Source: Vitrella brassicaformis CCMP3155
Taxonomy: Eukaryota; Protista; Chromerida
Reading direction: 5' to 3'
Assembly (NCBI GenBank): GCA_001179505.1
Contig: CDMY01000104.1
Coordinates: 62,001 to 126,000, forward strand
DNA: 64,000 nt
Every line of letters begins with the position of its first letter. Position 1 is the stretch's first letter. Made by a program: the position numbers and the translations under genes. Shown here piece after piece: positions 49,101-62,347 of the stretch. Below the pieces are notes generated by a model. That model searched no databases. It was not told the DNA's origin and saw only the letters and a list, made by a program, of their open reading frames with translations.

Positions 49101-52100
49101 GCCGTTGCCCACGGGCACTTGGCGCGTGTACGGAGCCGTGAGAGACCCTCATGTCTACCAGTGCGCCATGACGACGGGGGAAAAAGGCGACGAGTGCCCT
49201 TACGTGGAGATTACCAGCGAGAGAGCGGCGGTTGTGGGCGCTGACGAGATCGCTAGCACGCTCGACGCCGCCGTGTTGATGACCGGTGACGCATCGACGA
49301 TTCTGAGCGCGTGCAGCCTGGCCGTCGATCCGATTGCACAGCAGACGGAGCCGGAGAAGCAGAAAGAGCTGGTCAACGGCCTCTTTAACGCCATCCAGGT
49401 GCCATACCACGACTTGTCTGTCTGTGTGCTTTGATGGTGTGCACGTGTGTTTGGATGCATGAAATCAGACATCACAGGCGCTTGCTGGCGAGGGCGAGGT
49501 CTGCGTGGCCTCCCAGGTTATCGCCGAGATGCTCTCATCAGACCTCTCTGACCACTTCGACCAGGAGGCGCTTGGCAGAGGGTTGGCACAACAGACAAAC
49601 ACCCGCACACGGATAGATGACGCTCGTGCCTCCTTCCCTGCGTCGCATACAGGGCCCAGCTTGTGGCTGACCAGGCCCGTGTACAGAGGGGCTCCTGTCC
49701 TGCCGAAGCCACAGTGGCACGGCAATCTGTTCTCGGGGTAAGAATGCACTGCGTCCCGCACGTCTCGCCCCCTCACATGGTCTGTCCTGGTCCATCAGAG
49801 CCTCTCGTCTCTCACGGAGCACCGTTTAACGGAAGAGGCCTCCCGGGGCTGTAGACAGGCGGCAGAGGGAGTTGTGCAGGATTTCGCTGACGATGTGTAT
49901 GAGGGAGAGGAGCAAGACGTCGAGAACAGCGGCTTGAGGATCACTGTCCGAAAAGCAGACGAACAGCAGTTCGCCAGAGAAGGCGTCACATTGGACGACG
50001 TAAGCTGATATGACTCGATCATTCATTGGTGGCTTGCTGGAACCTGTCTGTGTCACGCAGGGCTCTCTGAACATTTCCAGTGGCGCATCGACGGGAGCCA
50101 GCTGCCCCATAGCCGTCTCGTCAGTGCAGTGGGCGGCCGATCCCTTCTCCTTCTCCCCCACGGATGCCGACACCTCCCTCGGCCACGTCCAGACGATCGA
50201 GCTGCACTCAGCCTGTGACGACCGGCAGATTGACATCGACGGCGAGCGTGTTGTGAGCTTTCTAATGGAGTGCCCGGCCATTGACAACGAGACAGCCACA
50301 CGCATGCTAGAGGCCGTCGCCCCGCCCGCCAGAAGGCAATTGTTCTCGGTTAGCGGACACACGCATTGAGGCACACCACACAGACAGACACGGAGGCATC
50401 TGTCTTCCTCTTCTATCCATCCATGGATGGATGCAGCTGCCGGGCGTGAGCACGTTCAATCCTCAGGTGTCAGTCTCAGGTCCGCCTGTCGAGCCGCAGG
50501 TGACGTATCGAGCGGTGACGGAGTGCGCCTGCATGTTCTTTGACGAGGCCAGAGGCAACTGGTCGCAAGAGGGCTGCTATGAGCTCGAGAGTGAGGGAGC
50601 CGCCATTACATGCATCACATACATAGATACCCACTGTGCCTTTGTTTGTGTTGACCTTGGTTGACCGCAGACAACGGCACTCATCTGCGATGCGGATGTG
50701 ATCATCTGACCTCATTCGTCGCAGCGGCGAAGCATTCTGTGCGCCGCTATGACGACTCCAACATCGGCCTCGTGGGCAAGTCGGCGACTCTCTTTCAGTC
50801 AATGGGTCGGTCTGCCACAGAGCGGCTGCATCCATGCGTGCACATTCGGTCGCGTGTGTGCAGGCAAGCGGCCCGCGCATTTTGTGGCGCTGTTGTTCTT
50901 CATGGGCTTGTTGCTCTCGCCGTGCATGTACTTCACTTCTCGTGACAGGTCATTCGGCGGTTGCGTCAGACATATCACGGCGTCCACAGCAACGCAACCG
51001 TATCTGTATGTCCATGCAGGCGGGATTGGCGGCCGCCGCACAAACGACGGCATATCTTCTTCCAGGACCGATATGCGAGGAAAAACATGGACTTCCTTTG
51101 TATGATATGCCCTCCTTTTCGCTTCTTCGGCGGGCTCATCCTGGTCGCCCCGGTCATCATCAATGTCTCCATGATCATGTGGGGTGAACAGTAGTAGGGC
51201 GCCGTATGGGGTGGCGATGGGGCTATATATTCACGCATTCACAAGTGAATGTTTCGACGAAGGTAATATGTATGTATGCAGCCGGACTGTCCAGTACTTC
51301 TGCTGCTTCGGGTGGTTCTTCTCGTTGGTCCGGCGAAAACCAAAGCCCTTCTCGGAGCTGCCCGTGGTCGGCAAGACTGTCGACGATGATAGTGACATGG
51401 TACGTAAGGGATAGGCACACATAGTGTCCCGTGCTATCTCATCTCTGCCGTGTAGGAGGAGGAGCATTCGCCTCTGACCTCACATCTACGGTCCAAGGAG
51501 GCGGCGCAGCGAGCCATGAGGGACCTGACGGACGCAAAGATCCAGAAGAAAGACATGGATGAGACACCATTCGTACGCAAGAGAGACACATGATGTCACT
51601 ACTGAGGTATCACATGTGTGTCTCGGTGCGTGTGGTCATAACGCATCCATGTCAGTTTGAAATCGAGCACAAGGAGTACAGGGATGTCCAGGCTCGTCTC
51701 GCCGCCTCTCTGTTGACGCTTCGCAGCGTCGCGCGGAGAGGGAGGCGCTACAAGGTCAATGAGTACAACGCCTTCGACGACAGTATGCACTCACACACAC
51801 ATGCAACCCAGAAAGGAAGACAACATGCACACTGACAGACAAATGCGTCCATGTCATGTCCACTCGCACAGAATCTATCGTGTCCGCGAGCACCTTGCCG
51901 TCAACTGCTGACGGCAGGCAGGGCGCGCAGCGGCCCTCAGGCGACACCCCTTGGACAATACCCCCGCTTTCGCGGTAACACCACCCTCAATCCGACTCAG
52001 CTGCACCCGTGCAAGCATTTCCGATGTCTCCAGGCCGATATTCCAGGCGTTTGGTCTGTCGCCCGAGAAGGAATTGGAGCTGAGGCCTCAGGCGATGCAG

Positions 52101-55100
52101 GTCGCCCACGCCGTTTCTGCTTACTCTGCCCTTAAAAATGACCGGAGGGCCGATCGGTTGCTCAAGGGCGGCGACAGTAAGCACGTCCGCCTGTGCTTTT
52201 ATCTATAGGACCAATCGACGTGTGTGCGTGTGGATTTGTTCGTCCAGTTGTCAAGGGAGGTCGTCGCGCGCACAAGAAGCTGACAAAGATCTACACCAAG
52301 AAGCAGGACTATCTTGTGAAGCAGAAGCAGATGTTTCTAGCACTTCTGGACGCGCAAGAGAACAACACAGCATACAGCAAGCTGAGGTAAGCTCTGTGTT
52401 TGCGTCCCCGTGCGTCCACACATTCATGGCATGGGTCGCACGCAGGGCGGCCGAGGTGCAACTCTCGACGAGCGACATCGAGTTGCAGAAGATCAAGTAC
52501 TTCGGCCCTGACAAGATGTCACGCTACCTACCGCCTCTCGGCGCCGTTCCCGTCTCCATCAGGTGATGCTGATCTGGGTCGATGCACCATGTCTCCTTAT
52601 TATCGATTTCATCTGTTTGTCTGTGGGCAGACGGATGAAAAAGGAGGCGCTTTTCCTCCCCCAACACGACTTCACCTTTGAAGGTGAGGCATCTGAGCAC
52701 AATCTTGTGGAGGTGAATGTCCCGTGTGTGGCTCTTTGATCCCCACTCCTCGCCTGTCGACAATTGACATCAGCCGTCATCAACGTGAGCCAGCCGGTGT
52801 TGTACGAATGATTTCCATATCATGGTTTCTCTGTGTAGGTGGGCAACATCTCAGGGAGTCAGGAAAATCTGTTTGAGGACACACGTCATCTGCTGTGGCT
52901 GACCGATAAGGGAAGAATCCTCTGTGTACACCCGGAGGCCGCATTTGCTGAAGGCTCTCTCCAAGTGAGACACACACGTACTTGCGTATTATGGATAAGT
53001 CAGTGTCTTCGCATGTCTCAAACAGCCGTTAGTAGACTTCGAGGGTCCGCGCCACATCCTGCCGATTGAGCACAGCGTCATCGAGATCGACGACACCAAA
53101 CCAAACCCCATCGTCCGCTTCTTCGTCCGCAGACAGACGGACACGACCACCAGCAGCCACGGCGACAGCAGCATCGTCTCGCGACCCCCGTCAGATGCCG
53201 TTACCGAGAAGGCCGACTCGGACGTCAGATTTGCAATGGAGCTCAGCCTGGAGATGGCCAATCCCACAGGAGACCTCCGATTCCTGTCTCCCGTGCCGCT
53301 CTTCGCCAGGAGGGATTACAGCTGGAAGCCGGTCCCCTCGCCAACATCATCGGCAGAAGGAAAACAGCCTTCATGGGCGTCGACCACCTATCTGATCGGG
53401 CACAACGCCATCAGCTCCCCTCTCTTCATCCCCTCCACCTCGATCGACGCCTACTGCCCGCAGCTGGGCCTCTGCTCGCTCTGGCTCTCCCACATCGGCC
53501 ACGTGCTCAACATTCTACCGAGAGAGACCGCCCCAACACTCAAGGAGAAAAGTGACACCCACAGCAGGCGGCTGTCTGCAGCCACGGCGCTTTCGAGCGC
53601 CGCACAGACGTCGCACACCGTCCGGTCGTTGTTCAAACTGCCGAGGTCGGCACTGACGGCCGTGCGAGGGGCCGGCCGGGAGGGATGGCATGGCGAGCAA
53701 GAAAAGGAGGTGCAGTACACCGTCTATGCCGTCTTCATGTCCCACATCAAGCAGATCAAGGAGCTGGCTGGCGAGGAGTCGGCCGCGGACGCCGACCAGG
53801 GCATCAAGGCGTCGTGTCTGCCGTCTGTGAAGCTGTTGGTGAGCAACAATACCTCACTGCGGCTGTACTTCAGCCACCAGGTGTTCGCCAATGCCTTTGC
53901 CACCAACATGTCGCGACTCTCCAAAGCCGACAAGACCAACAAACCTCAACTGTCACGAAAGAGAGTGGTACGTGTCCACAAACGACCCTTTGCACACGCA
54001 TATGTGTGTACGTGTGTGTATGTAGACAATCTCCTACGCACCAGAGATGCCGGTCGAGCGGTCACTCTCGTTCTCGACCAAGCTGGACACGCCGGCCGAG
54101 GCCGAGGCCGGTGCTCTCCCACGCTCCCTGTCGACCGAGGAACCCAATCTCCGCATCGACAGCGACTTCTGGGGACTCTTCGACACGCAACAATCGCCAG
54201 CGGCTGACCAGGTGGGGCGCCACCTGCCGTGCACACTCACCCTCTCATGCGGGTTGGTCCGATCGACATACGTGCTCGCACGTGTGGGTGCTTCAGGAGT
54301 TTGTGACCACGGCGGCTCACGAGACGGCCGGCGATCGAGGGGCGGAGGGTGAGGTGTCGCCTTTGCAGGTCGCGCAAGTCGATGACTTCTTCGACCAACC
54401 GTCCCCGAAATCTGCCTTCCGACCGGCGTCGAAATCGTCTCAAGACTCGCCTTCACGTAAGTATGTGACTGTACAAACAACGGTTAGCTCATGTGTGCAT
54501 TGCTGCAGTGCGAAAGCGGAACGCTGCGAGCACACCGGCGAGCGACGAGGCTGATAGCCCACGGGACGAGACGGTCGACCTCGTGATTGCCACATCCTAC
54601 CAGAGCCCCGCACAGCAGGGGTCCGTTCGTGTGTGTGTGTGCCTGAATGCATACCCCATCATGGATGAGTGGATGGATGGATGCAGGTCGCTCGTGGCTC
54701 CCGAAGCGAGCGCGGCTGTGGCTACGCCGTCACCGGCACCGATTCTTGTGGAGGATCCCTTCCACACGTCGGAACAGAGGTCGGCGATGGTGGCACCAGA
54801 CAAACAACGACAGGAGCATCAGCAGCGTCAGCAGCAGCAGCATGAAGGAGCGGAAGGCGATAACAAGGACGCAGAGACGGACGTCGGCAGGTGTGCCAGC
54901 TGCGGCAAGTGCTGCCGAAATGTGTATGACAAGCTGGTAAAAAAAGACGCGTTTTAGCAAAGATGCATGTCATGTCTCTTTGACGACGGCGATGTATGTA
55001 TGTGCGTGTGCGTGAAGGTGCGGTTTGAAGAATACCAGAACGACCATGTGGTAGGATGAGAAGAGATGATAGATAGACAGTGTGTAGTACGTGTGTGCAC

Positions 55101-57371
55101 CGCCCATGATATGTGTCCAAACGTTTGGGCAGGTGTACACCTGGGAGGCCGTAAGCTTACGACAACGAACCGAGCCCTTGTGTTAGATGGACACACATGT
55201 ACGTACGTACGTTGTATGTTCTGCAGGTGAATTTGAGGGCGGCCATCTCACAGGAGAACAAGAGAAACCAGAACCTCATCCTCGCAAAAAGGCTGCAGGT
55301 ATGCATGCATATGCACCGACGCGACTGCACCACATGTGGTGGACCATGGTCTGTGTGCTGTGTGTTGTCAGTATCACGAGTGGCCGGCCGGGAAGGTCAT
55401 ATACACTGTCGCCATGAGAGAACACCCGCGTACGGCCGCCTTGGCTACACACGTGACGTGCCTCACACATGAATATGTCTCATCTACTCTACCTGTGGGT
55501 GAATTCAGTGCCCAAGACGTTCCCCTACAACCCGGTCATCTCCCGGTCAGTCAGCGGCGAACGCGCAGCACGCCTCATACGTGCGCGTCTTTCTTTATGT
55601 ATGCCTTTGCCGTGCAGGACGCAGCGTTATGCGATAGAGTTCTCGGGCATCATGACGGAACTCTTCATCTCTTCCCTGTTCTTCAACGCACAATGCGCAT
55701 ACTCACCATCACGTACAACCAGTCACTCACAGATACACCTGGCCTAGACCGACACGTCATAGATATGTCTGTTTGTCTGTTTGTCTGTCTGTCTGTCTAT
55801 TTGCCTGTCTCTCTCTGTGGATGAATGGATGGATGGATGGAGACAGCCGAGGTGTGTTTCCCTCTCGGCAACCCCTTCGTGATCAGCTGGCACGGTACGC
55901 ATACAACGTGCATTTGGCCCTTACGCACACACGGACTATCCATATATACATATATGGTCAGTATTCTTTGCGTCTCTGTGGGCGGTCGTCCTTGCCGTGC
56001 CGGTGCCCCTTTTCCTGCGGTAAGCGGACACGCCACGGCAGACGCGCGTGTGTGTGTGGATCGACTGCTTTGTTCATATATTGCAGATTTTGTTTTGCCA
56101 AGCGGATCGTGGAGGAGACACACACGGCCGCTGAGAAGGAAGTCATGGTACGCAAACGTGTGCCCGTGTCTCGAATATGCGGAGTCGACCTCTTTGTGTG
56201 TGCGTGTGCATCTCTGTGTCTCTCTGTGTATCTCTGTGTCTCTCTGTGTGCCTGTGGCCAACAACAGTTGCTATACTGGCGTCTGAAGGACCTGCTGGGC
56301 TATGCGTTCATCCTGACATGGGACACCTGGTGCTTCTACTTCCTAATGGTCTTCATCCTGGTACACACGCACATACACACGTGGATACACGAAAGACACG
56401 TGTGTGGATCTCTGAAATGGACATGCAGAAATTCGATGGCGTTCTGGTGGGCAAGTGGTACTATTCCGGTGCCCTGGCGCTGGCACACAGGTACACACAC
56501 ACGCACCGTGCCATGTGTGTGCGTGTCTTTGTTTCGCAAGTGGCTCTCTCTCCCCGCTCTGTCTGAAGGATGATTACTGCGCCCGTCATCCGGTCTCTGT
56601 GGGTGTCGGCTGTGCTGCTCATCAGCAAAGTGACCTGGTGGGAGGGCGGGTGGCAAATACACACACCGACACCCACACACACACACACACACGTGTCGTC
56701 GTGGGTGGATCCCATTGGTTCCCTCAGGGTGTGTGACTTCCTGCTGCTGTCCTGCCCGGCTCTGATCGCCTTCACACACCCTGTAAGGACACACGCACCC
56801 ATGGCGCTTGATCGACAGATTGGTAGAATACGCAATTGTATTGTGTCTGTCACACACGTGTCTGCAGGACATCAAGCGCATCAAAAGAAAGACAAGCGCA
56901 CACAAACTGGTCAGTACGCATGGTATTCTAGACACTCCACATATGTGGCCAACACGTTTCTATGTCCAGGAGAGCGACAAGTTGCCGCGGCCGATAATGC
57001 CCCCCAAGCCCATAATGCCCATCGGACAGGTAGGTGCCCATCGGACGGACACAGACATACAGACATACAGATACTGCACACCCCCAGAGGAGCCGTGCGC
57101 ATTTGTTGCAGAAGGTGGACGAGTCCACCATCAATGAGGAGGAGATCGAGTCAGAGAGCGACATCACAGAGATGAGCCCAATGATCATTCCAAGGTACCA
57201 ACAGACACTCAGAGATCCATGCGGGTCGGACTCCATCTGATCTGCACACCCCACAGGACCAGAGCGGCCACTCAGAAGCACCGTGAGCGTGAGCGTGAGC
57301 GTGAGGAGGGCCGGACGGCTGCCGAGGCCTACGATCAGTTCTGGAGCGAGCAGCCGCTGCGCTTCCAATAG
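37154..57371 (+). CDS. Giant polycystin-1/REJ-like GAIN-GPS adhesion receptor, ~20 kb, many dozens of exons
   Basis: Signal peptide MPRWWRSADLAAFCLILVLAISCARG (37154-37230, phase-2 join to GFEWTP). Modular ectodomain, then REJ-type motifs (YSICEGVHVDVYFSGGSGRPIDIQW; FRLTAANFLGS; PYGGKVAASKSTVSAFEAIHVEQSNWKDD), a GPS motif, TM1 HFVALLFFMGLLLSPCMYF, EHPLPKTFPYNPVISRTQRYAIEFSGIMTELFISSLFFN, further TM segments 56265-56640 and stop TAG 57369-57371. Not every junction was resolved, so the model could be two genes. Confidence 0.7.
40305..40440 (+). other. Trefoil (P-type)-like module within the receptor ectodomain
   Basis: CPDRKMAFARCLMTADVSQAACEALGCCWDQEYSECY fits the trefoil C...C...C..xGCCW...C pattern. 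Confidence 0.55.
41499..41725 (+). other. H-type-lectin-like beta module within the receptor ectodomain
   Basis: WQRVTFERPFPVTSRVVVIATPQ...RVRDVTPFGFLIALQDE resembles the WxxVxFxxPF..PVV...RVRxVTxxGFxVxLQE repeat. Related partial copies lie at ~41060-41165 and ~41940-42060. Confidence 0.45.
45345..45920 (+). other. Two bacterial Ig-like (Big_12-type) modules within the receptor ectodomain
   Basis: FSEGLQASSFTVDDITVSNATVDSL...WRIVVT and VEVPPGLAADRAGNLN match the FSExVxxFxxxDIxVxNG and VxVxAGxxxDxAGNxN hallmarks. Confidence 0.6.
46525..46680 (+). other. Myxococcus-type cysteine-rich repeat (DUF4215-like) within the receptor ectodomain
   Basis: [36 protein letters not shown] matches CGDGxxxxxExCDDGNxxxGDGCSxxCxxExGWxC. 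Confidence 0.8.
50505..50720 (+). other. GPS autoproteolysis motif of a GAIN domain, split by one intron
   Basis: ECACMFFDEARGNWSQEGCYELE|NNGTHLRCGCDHL/TSFV. The H-L-T codons are at 50703-50711. Confidence 0.85.
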
Positions 57372-59230
57372 CTTTACTAGTGAGTGGCTCATGTGCCATA
57401 TAAGAATGTGTTTTTGTTGCTGACAAGAGAGATGTAAGTCTGTGTGTCCTAATTGCTGACACTTAATTGTGTGTTGGATGATCGATGTGACTTACTTTGT
57501 TTTGCCGCCGTCAGTCGAGTTTCTTACAGAATGGTTTTTCATTTGGCGTCATGCGTTGGATTTGGGGTGTGTGTGTGTCTCTCACAGACAGACAGATGGG
57601 ACTTATCGTGGTCGCTCGATTGAATGTCTGCAAGCATCTGTGTGTCTCTGTCTGATGCAATCGATCCAACCATCCAACATGCCCAACCGTCCGCCACCCC
57701 CTACCCATCCGCCGCCTCCCCCACTGCAGCCCCCACTTCTTCAAAGCCAGCTAGGGATGTTCATTCAAAGCCCGTGGGCAGCAGATGAACATCTTCTGAA
57801 TGTGGATGTGTATGTGTATGTGTGTGTGTGGATGGTTTTGTTCCAGTGAGTGAGGTGGGGGAGGAAAGTGCCAGATGATATGCATGGATGGAGGGTAGTA
57901 GGGGAGGGAGGGTGGGGCGACGAGCATTGAGCTATAGCAAGTTGCTCATTCGTTCATTGCACATAGTCTGTCATCCGCTTAACACGCACATCCCGCCTTC
58001 CTTTTGCCTCTTCCACTCGCTCGCTAGCCCTTGCCTGTTGGTCCTGATGCTAGCGAGCGATTCGTATGTCATTTCTCTCTCGAGTCGACCATGGCTGCCA
58101 CGTGCATATATCTCTCCCTATGTGGTCGCTCGCCATGTACCCCTCCCACCCTCCCTCCCTCCCCCCTCTCCCTCCCTCCCATGTGTCTGTGGTCATCTCG
58201 ACCACACAGGTGTCTTCAAACAGTTACATAAAGCACTGTACTACAAAACAGATCGAGCGAGGTGCGTTCAAAGAGAGAAACATATGGTTGGTGTGTACAG
58301 CTCAAACTTGAAGAAAGGACACAAAGGAGGGAAACACACAAACACACACACGCAGCCATGGCCAGGCAGACACATGTATGGCATGGCTGGCCTGGCTGGC
58401 ATGTGTGCCAGACAGAATTGGCTAGCTGGCTTTGAAGAAGTGAGTGCCGCCTGGCCCATGGGATGGCCAGCCATGCATGGGTCGTACATGTGTCAGTGTC
58501 AGCATCCCCAGAGCAGAGCACACCTCAGAAAGAGCACACCATACACAAGACACGTCAGTGCATCAATCGCATCAAGCAATAGATATCATGAGCCACAAAA
58601 ATCCCATAGCTGACCGTCCCGAGCCCCTCCCCTCCCCTCCCCTCCACTCCCCTCCCCTCCCCTCCCTACTAAGAAACGTCACGCGTGTCGAATGCACCAT
58701 GCACCAATTACGGCGCACTCGACAACAGGCAGCATGGTGTGTACCATGCCTGTGTGCGGCGCATGCAGAGTGTGTGTCTTGACCAAACACAACTCCCCTC
58801 CCCATCTCCGCTCGCCTCCCCACCCGTATGTGTATTGGCGAATTTTGCAATTACGACGTAAAGTGCGATCTGTCTGTGCACAAAAAACAAACGTGTGTCC
58901 GTTCCGTTCTTCCTTCTTCAATTTAATTGGGCATGTGTGGTCTCTTGCAAAACGACCACTCATACAGCCAGCACAGACCCGATGGACGGATGGGATGGAT
59001 GACGCGAAGCCACCAAAGGCCGATGGGACGGCCAGCGGAGATATGAGCTACAGACAGACAGACAGACACACTCCCTCCTCTCCCCCCTCCCAAGAGAAAC
59101 ACATACACACACACACACACATGCAAGCAATTGACAGATGGATAAATCTACTCAAAACCAATGGCGATAAAACCCCCCATGTGCAATGTCGTGTGGTGTC
59201 GTTGGTGTGGCGTTGGTGTCGGTCGGTCGA

Positions 59231-61785
59231 TCAGGCCGCCGTGGGCACCGGCAGGCTGCCGCGTGCGAGGTAGGGCGCGTAGGCTCCGAAAGAGAAGATC
59301 AGAGCCGTCACAGCACCTGCAAGGACGGCACAAACGGGCGAACATGCCTGAGTGCTGTCTGTCTGTCCGTCTATCTGTCTGTCTGTCTGTCTGTCTGCCC
59401 ATCCGCCCCATCCCACCCACCTGCGAAGACCAGTGTGAGGATCCAGGCGACAAACACGTTCAGGAGGAGCTTCCAGTTGACACCGGACCTCTTCCACGTG
59501 CACATGCGGCCCTGAAGACATACATACACCCAAAACACACATTCAATCATCGGCGGCTGTTGGGTTCAATAAATGCATAATGATGTGGATGGCTTACTTA
59601 CCGATTCGTTGTCAGCTTCGGTGAGTCCCACGCCGACAGTCGCGCCGACCTGGCAGTGGGTGGTGGACAGGGGGATGCCCAGGTTGGAGCCGATGATGAT
59701 GATCCAGGCCGCACCCAACTCGATGCAGAAGCCGCGGCTCGGCGTGATCTTCACCATCTTGACGCCGATTGCCTTGATCACCTACACGCAGAGTGGCCGT
59801 CTGCCCCCCCTCCCCCTGTCTCTGCGCGTGTGTGTGTGTGGCAGGATTGCTCACCCGGTGTCCGTAGAGTGCCAGGCCGATAGCGATGGCAGCACCGCCG
59901 AATGCGAGCACGTAGAGTGGCGTCTCGACCTTGGCGACGGCCGCTCCGGCGCTGTACACACCGATGATGGCCGCCAAGGGGCCCACAGCGTTGGCCGTGT
60001 CGTTGCTGCCGTGACCCACGCAGTCGAAGCACGCCGACAAGACCTGCAACCATCCACACGCACACACAGGGGGAGAGCGTCCACGGGGGGGCCTCCGTGT
60101 GTATGTGTACTTGGCAGATGGCGAAAAATCGTTCGCTTCTGCCGTCGAAGTTCTCAGTGTTCTCGTGGATGCGGGCGGCCTCCTTGCTCTCGTGCAGGGC
60201 CTCCTTATGCAGGTCCTGGTTGAACGGCAAACACTGCATCCATACATGTCACGACACACGCAGAGAGATCTGTGGGATCTGTGGGAGGAGAGAGAGGGAG
60301 TCGGTGAGTGGGTGGGTGGGTGTCTGCCGGCGTACCGCCCAGAGCCCCTTCTTCTGCTTCGATGGACCTTCCCCAGCCTCCTCAACCACAGCGACGATCT
60401 CATCCTTTTGCAGCCCCTGACACACACGCAGACACCCGTTTGCAGGCGTGTGTATGTGTGTGCATGGATGCGTCTGTGTGCACCGCACCGTCTGTGCAGG
60501 CGTGACGCTGCCGGGGCTGCTCGAGTCGTTGTTGTTGCCCTCACGACTCGAGCAGCCCTCCTCAACTTCCTTCACCTGATTCACCTATATGTACCCCCAC
60601 ACATAACGCCTCTATGTGTGTGCCTTTGTCTGGTCTGTGTAGGTATGCAAGCTCACCTCAGCGTCTTTCTGGCTCTTGATCACATCGGCGTCATACTTGG
60701 CCAGTGCCTTCTTGACCCACCACATGAGAAACGGTGTGCAAATTAGGGCGGCGCCGACGGCCATGGCGAGTGTGATGCCGACAGCGAGCCCGGGGTTGGT
60801 GGCCGCCCAGGTCTTGATCTTGCAGGGCTCCTTCATGACGTTCTCTTTGAGCTTCTTGTCGTACATCAGGCAGGCCACACCGTTGAGGACGCCGTTGTTC
60901 CTGCAGATGGATGGATGGATAATTTGTTGAGGTGTGGTGTGTGAGTGTCTCCCTCCCTCCCTCCCTCCCTGTAAGATTACTTGAAGATCAGATACAGGAA
61001 GAATGTGGCGAACAAGGAAGATGAAGACCGGCATCCTGGTGACACACAGAAGGACACACGGGGCCTGCCTGTCTGCCTGTCTGCCTTGCTTGTGTGTGTG
61101 TGTGTTTAGTACCAGAAGCCGCGCTTCACAGAGTCTTTGGGTCTGAGCACCGCCTCGCGGATGATAAAGAACAGAATGGCTGCACACAGACAGACATGTG
61201 AGTGTCGTGTGTGTGTGTGTGTGTCTGTGTCTCAGCCGTGACTCACATGCAGCGATGCCCGAGAGGATTGGCGAGAAAATCCATGAAGCAATGATCATGC
61301 CGACCTGGTCCCAGTGAACCGCCGACGGGTCACCCGTCGCCAGGGAGAAGCCTTCACACAGCACACACACAAATTAACAGGCATAGTGTCGCTCTCCCTC
61401 TCCCCGTGTGTGTGTGTACCGATGATGGCCCCGATGATGCTGTGTGTGGTGGAGATGGGCCATCCGAGGTAGCTAGCCACCATCAGCCATACGCCCGCAC
61501 CGATCAGGGCACACAGCCTGCGTCCATTCCACGCACACCGACAGAGAGAGACATTCATGCTCACGGGTCTGTCTGTCCGTCTGTCTGTCTGTCTGTCTGT
61601 CACACTAGTAGGTGTCTCACTCACATGCCGAACATCAGCAGCTCCGGGTTGTCCATGAACACGTCGAAGTCTGCGCGCCAGACGCACACAAAGCCAGATA
61701 ACACGCGTGTCTCCAGATTGTTCTCTCTCTCTCTCTCTCTGTCTGTGTGTCTGTCTGCCTGTCTGCCTGTCTGCCTGTCTGCCTG

Positions 61786-61816
<31 letters not shown>

Positions 61817-62347
61817 CAGCGTACCGACGATCCTCTTGCGGACGGTGTCGGCAACTTGTCCACCGAGGAACGCCGCTCCGACGAACTCGAGGATGGCCGA
61901 GAGGATGATGGCCGTCTTGAGCGAGACAGCCTTCGATCCAATGCTTGAAGCGAATTGGTTGGCCACATCGTTGGCACCGATACCTGCATGCAGCGCACAG
62001 AGACAGAGACACACAGAGGGGGCGATAGACGGGGCGTTGTGTCGCTGAGCCTCGCTGTCTGCAGATCGATGCCTTTTCTCCCCCCACCCCCTCTCTCTCG
62101 GTGCACGTGTCTTCCACGCACCGAATGCCATGACGAAGCAGGCGATCCACCCTGCATGGCACACGCAGCACAACAGGCACCACACACACCCGAGTGGACA
62201 CACGAGCACACACGGAGGAGAAAGAGAGAGGGGGAGGGGGAGGCGCTTTCACCCGCAACGACGATCCACATGTAATCCTGCACACAGACGTCCCACCCAC
62301 CGATGTGTCGACCCCCAGAGCAGGTCTGGAGGACTTACCGTCACCAT
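59231..62347 (-). CDS. PiT/PHO4 (SLC20, Pho89-like) Na+/phosphate symporter
   Basis: Spliced MVT|DYMWIVVA|[10 protein letters not shown]|[87 protein letters not shown]. Both PHO4 signature repeats are present. Stop at 59231-59233. Confidence 0.95.

Noticed and set aside
59573-60746. Several 150-317 aa ORFs on both strands
   Set aside because: Off-frame or antisense readings of the PiT exons and their repeat-rich introns.
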